From an uncultured Chloroflexia bacterium (lineage in GTDB: Bacteria; Chloroflexota; Limnocylindria; Limnocylindrales; CSP1-4): a stretch of 64,000 nt of DNA. Below are positions 61,780 to 64,000 of this stretch, one piece after another (the stretch's first letter is position 1; each line of letters starts with the position of its first letter). The position numbers were made by a program, and so were the translations under genes. The notes under the pieces are model-generated. The model worked only from the letters and a program-made list of their open reading frames with translations. It made no database searches and had not been told where the DNA came from. The DNA lies in contig CAVVYR010000001.1 in NCBI GenBank assembly GCA_963752475.1, forward strand, positions 160,001 to 224,000, given 5' to 3'.

Positions 61780-63227
61780 GCCGTCCACCCCGGGAGCGTC
61801 TGGCGCAGGGCGTCGCCGGCCGCGATGTATCGCATGTAGCCCTCCTCGAGTGCTTCGTTGGGGCGGGGGTCTACGGTCTCGCCGATGAACGCCGGTGCCT
61901 GGGAGCTCGCGGGTGTACCAGCGGACGCCACCAGCCAGGCGAAGGCGCGGCCGGCCGGGTAGTCGCTTGCCACACGACCGATGGGTCGCCCGGTGGTGTC
62001 GGCGACGAGCTGCGTGAACGTGCGTGAGCGAGAGGCGCCGCCGAGCAGGCAGATCCGGTTCGATACCTTGCCGGTGGCCCGCTCGAGGTCTTCGAGGTTC
62101 CCGCGGATGCCGTAGGCGTGTGCCTCGATGAAGGCTCGCGCCACGTCAGCGCGCGCATGCCCGGGTTCGAAGCCGATGAGCCCGCCCGGCGCCCCCGAGC
62201 TCCAGGTCTCCTCGCTCCAGATCCGCGCCGTGACGGCGGCCGTGATGCCGTTGGCACCAGCAGGCGATGCGGCCGCCTCGTCCGCGAGCGTGCTGACGCC
62301 GGTGCCGCTGATCTGCGCGAACCAGTCGAGGCTCATGCCGGTGTAGCCGGCGTTGGTCTCCGCCGCCCAGCGGTCGGGACGGAGATGGGCGCTGACCCAC
62401 GGGTGCTGCTCGGGATCGCGCGGAAGCTCGGCGGTACTCGCCTGCAGCGGCGTGGTCGTGCCCGCCACCACGCTGACCACGCCATCAGCCAGGCCGCCTG
62501 CCCCCGTGGCGGCGAGCTGCGTATCGCCGCCGCCAGCGATGACGTCGATGCCACCGGGCAAGCCCAGGTCAGGATCACGCAGGGTCCCTACGCGGGTGCC
62601 GGCATCGACGAGCCGCGGCAGTGCGGACGGGTCGAGACCCAGCGACTCGAGGACTTCGCGCGCCCACGTTCGTCGATCGACGTCGAGCAGTTGCCCGGCA
62701 GAGGCCATCGAGGGCTCGCTCACGCGCTCGCCACAGAGACGCCATAGCGCCCAGTCGTGCACGAAGAGCATCGTGCGGGCTCGTTGAAGCCGGCCGCTGC
62801 GCTGCTCCTCGAGCAGCTTGGGCAGTGTCAGCTGGGGCGCCGACCAGTGACCGGTGATCTCGTACAAGCGCTCACGGCCGATGGTCTCGCGCACGCGCTC
62901 GAGGTGGTCCGCCCCACGCCGGTCGGCGTTGACCACGCCTGCGCCCAGCTCTCCGTCGTCGTCGAGCAGGACATAGCCCTGGCGCAGGGACGTGACACTC
63001 ACGGCGCCGTAGTCGTCGGGAGGGCGTGCCGCCCGCGAGACGGCTGCGCGCATGGCCGCCGCCGCCGCCCGCCACCAGCCGTGCGGGTCGAACTCCGCGC
63101 GGCCGGGTGCCGGGAACGAGGTCTCGGTCGGCTCCTGGGCCACCGCCAGCACCTCGCCGCGCTCGACATCGGCCACGCAGGCCTTGACGGCCCCGCCTCC
63201 GAAGTCGAGCCCGGCGACCAGCGGCAT
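61776..63227 (-). CDS. FGGY carbohydrate kinase (LsrK/XylB-like)
   Basis: GLDFGGGAVK, VTSLRQG, GGGDTQ, LGGASRS. Confidence 0.88.
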   Translation of the reverse strand: MPLVAGLDFGGGAVKACVADVERGEVLAVAQEPTETSFPAPGRAEFDPHGWWRAAAAAMRAAVSRAARPPDDYGAVSVTSLRQGYVLLDDDGELGAGVVNADRRGADHLERVRETIGRERLYEITGHWSAPQLTLPKLLEEQRSGRLQRARTMLFVHDWALWRLCGERVSEPSMASAGQLLDVDRRTWAREVLESLGLDPSALPRLVDAGTRVGTLRDPDLGLPGGIDVIAGGGDTQLAATGAGGLADGVVSVVAGTTTPLQASTAELPRDPEQHPWVSAHLRPDRWAAETNAGYTGMSLDWFAQISGTGVSTLADEAAASPAGANGITAAVTARIWSEETWSSGAPGGLIGFEPGHARADVARAFIEAHAYGIRGNLEDLERATGKVSNRICLLGGASRSRTFTQLVADTTGRPIGRVASDYPAGRAFAWLVASAGTPASSQAPAFIGETVDPRPNEALEEGYMRYIAAGDALRQTLPGWTA

Positions 63228-63883
63228 CAGGTCTTGCCGTAGCCCTTGCCGGCAGCTTCGAGCCCGTGGATCCACTCCATGTACTCGGGCGGCGTGACCG
63301 TGTCCGTGTCGCCCAGCTGGATGGCTCGATAGGTAGCCATGGCCGCCGCCTCCAGGTTCATCGCCCTCTGATAGGCCAGGTCGGGCGTGTCGGCCACCAG
63401 CAGACAACCGTGATGCTTGAGCAGCACGACCTCGGCATCGTCGAGCTGGGCCGCTACGGCCGTAGCCAGCTCCGGGCTACCGGAGTTGATGTACGGGACC
63501 TCATGGAGATCGCGCACGTAGTAGGCATGATCGGTGGTGAGGTGGCGGATGGGCGTGCCGATGGCATGCAGTGTCGTCGAGAGCGGCGGATGGAGGTGGA
63601 AGACGAACTGCGCGTCCGGGCGCGCGAGATAGGCCGCCGCGTGCATGGGCCACTCGCTCGAGGGCTTGAGCTCCCCCGCGAGCCTGTTCCCGTCGAAGTC
63701 GACGCGTGCGAGCTGGTCGGGCGAGAGCTCAGCGATGCTGTAACCGCTGGGCGTGATGAGGAAACCCTCACCATCGGGCAGCCGACCCGAGAGGTTGCCT
63801 CCGGAGCCCACCACGAGCCCCGCGGTCACAAGCTTCTGGCCCTGGAACAGCAGAGCCTCGGCGATGGTTCGTTCGTCAGTCAT
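63227..63883 (-). CDS. Class II aldolase/adducin family
   Basis: GGNLSG, ITPSG, PSSEWPMH, HLHP, LKHHG. Confidence 0.9.
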   Translation of the reverse strand: MTDERTIAEALLFQGQKLVTAGLVVGSGGNLSGRLPDGEGFLITPSGYSIAELSPDQLARVDFDGNRLAGELKPSSEWPMHAAAYLARPDAQFVFHLHPPLSTTLHAIGTPIRHLTTDHAYYVRDLHEVPYINSGSPELATAVAAQLDDAEVVLLKHHGCLLVADTPDLAYQRAMNLEAAAMATYRAIQLGDTDTVTPPEYMEWIHGLEAAGKGYGKT

Positions 63884-63922
63884 GTGCGGTGAGTCCTTCT
63901 CCTCGTGTTAGGCGAGCTCTGC

Positions 63923-64000
63923 TCAGGCGTTGGGCCGCAGGATGGTCTTGAGCGTCATGAGTGCCTCGTCGCGCGACTCCTCCAGGGCGGAGCGAACCTT
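63923..64000 (-). CDS. C-terminus of an upstream gene (possibly a Zn dehydrogenase), partial
   Basis: ...EALMTLKTILRPNA*. Confidence 0.4.
   Translation of the reverse strand, partial: KVRSALEESRDEALMTLKTILRPNA

Overview
High-GC bacterial DNA. The gene content would fit an uncultured Chloroflexota or Actinomycetota, but this is inference. Scattered 1-nt frameshifts suggest imperfect long-read consensus. 1-32.4 kb is mostly core/accessory metabolism: nth, TauE, AspC, AnmK, an alpha-carbonic anhydrase, a serine hydrolase, a peptide ABC transporter, a MazF-type TA pair, an AmrB/AmrS pair, and a nei/SDR/pdxH/FeS-photolyase block with CarH-like operator repeats. tRNA-Thr(CGT) at 32458-32532 is the attachment site of a decayed ~22.6 kb island that ends at a degenerate copy of the tRNA 3' half (55112-55158). 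The island carries an uncharacterised catabolic cluster (YihV/YihT-like pair, Eda/KdgK, CoA enzymes, a KdnA-like aminotransferase, a NitT/TauT ABC transporter) with three copies of a TGTAAC-N3-GTTACA palindrome, followed by gene debris. Within the debris an intact IS110 sits inside an IS3 element. Its non-coding left end reads as a bridge RNA whose target loop matches the IS3 insertion site and whose donor loop matches its own ends, and its circle junction would build a sigma70-type promoter. The right end of the window holds a sugar/nucleoside catabolic operon whose ThDP E1-alpha lacks the conserved loop His.
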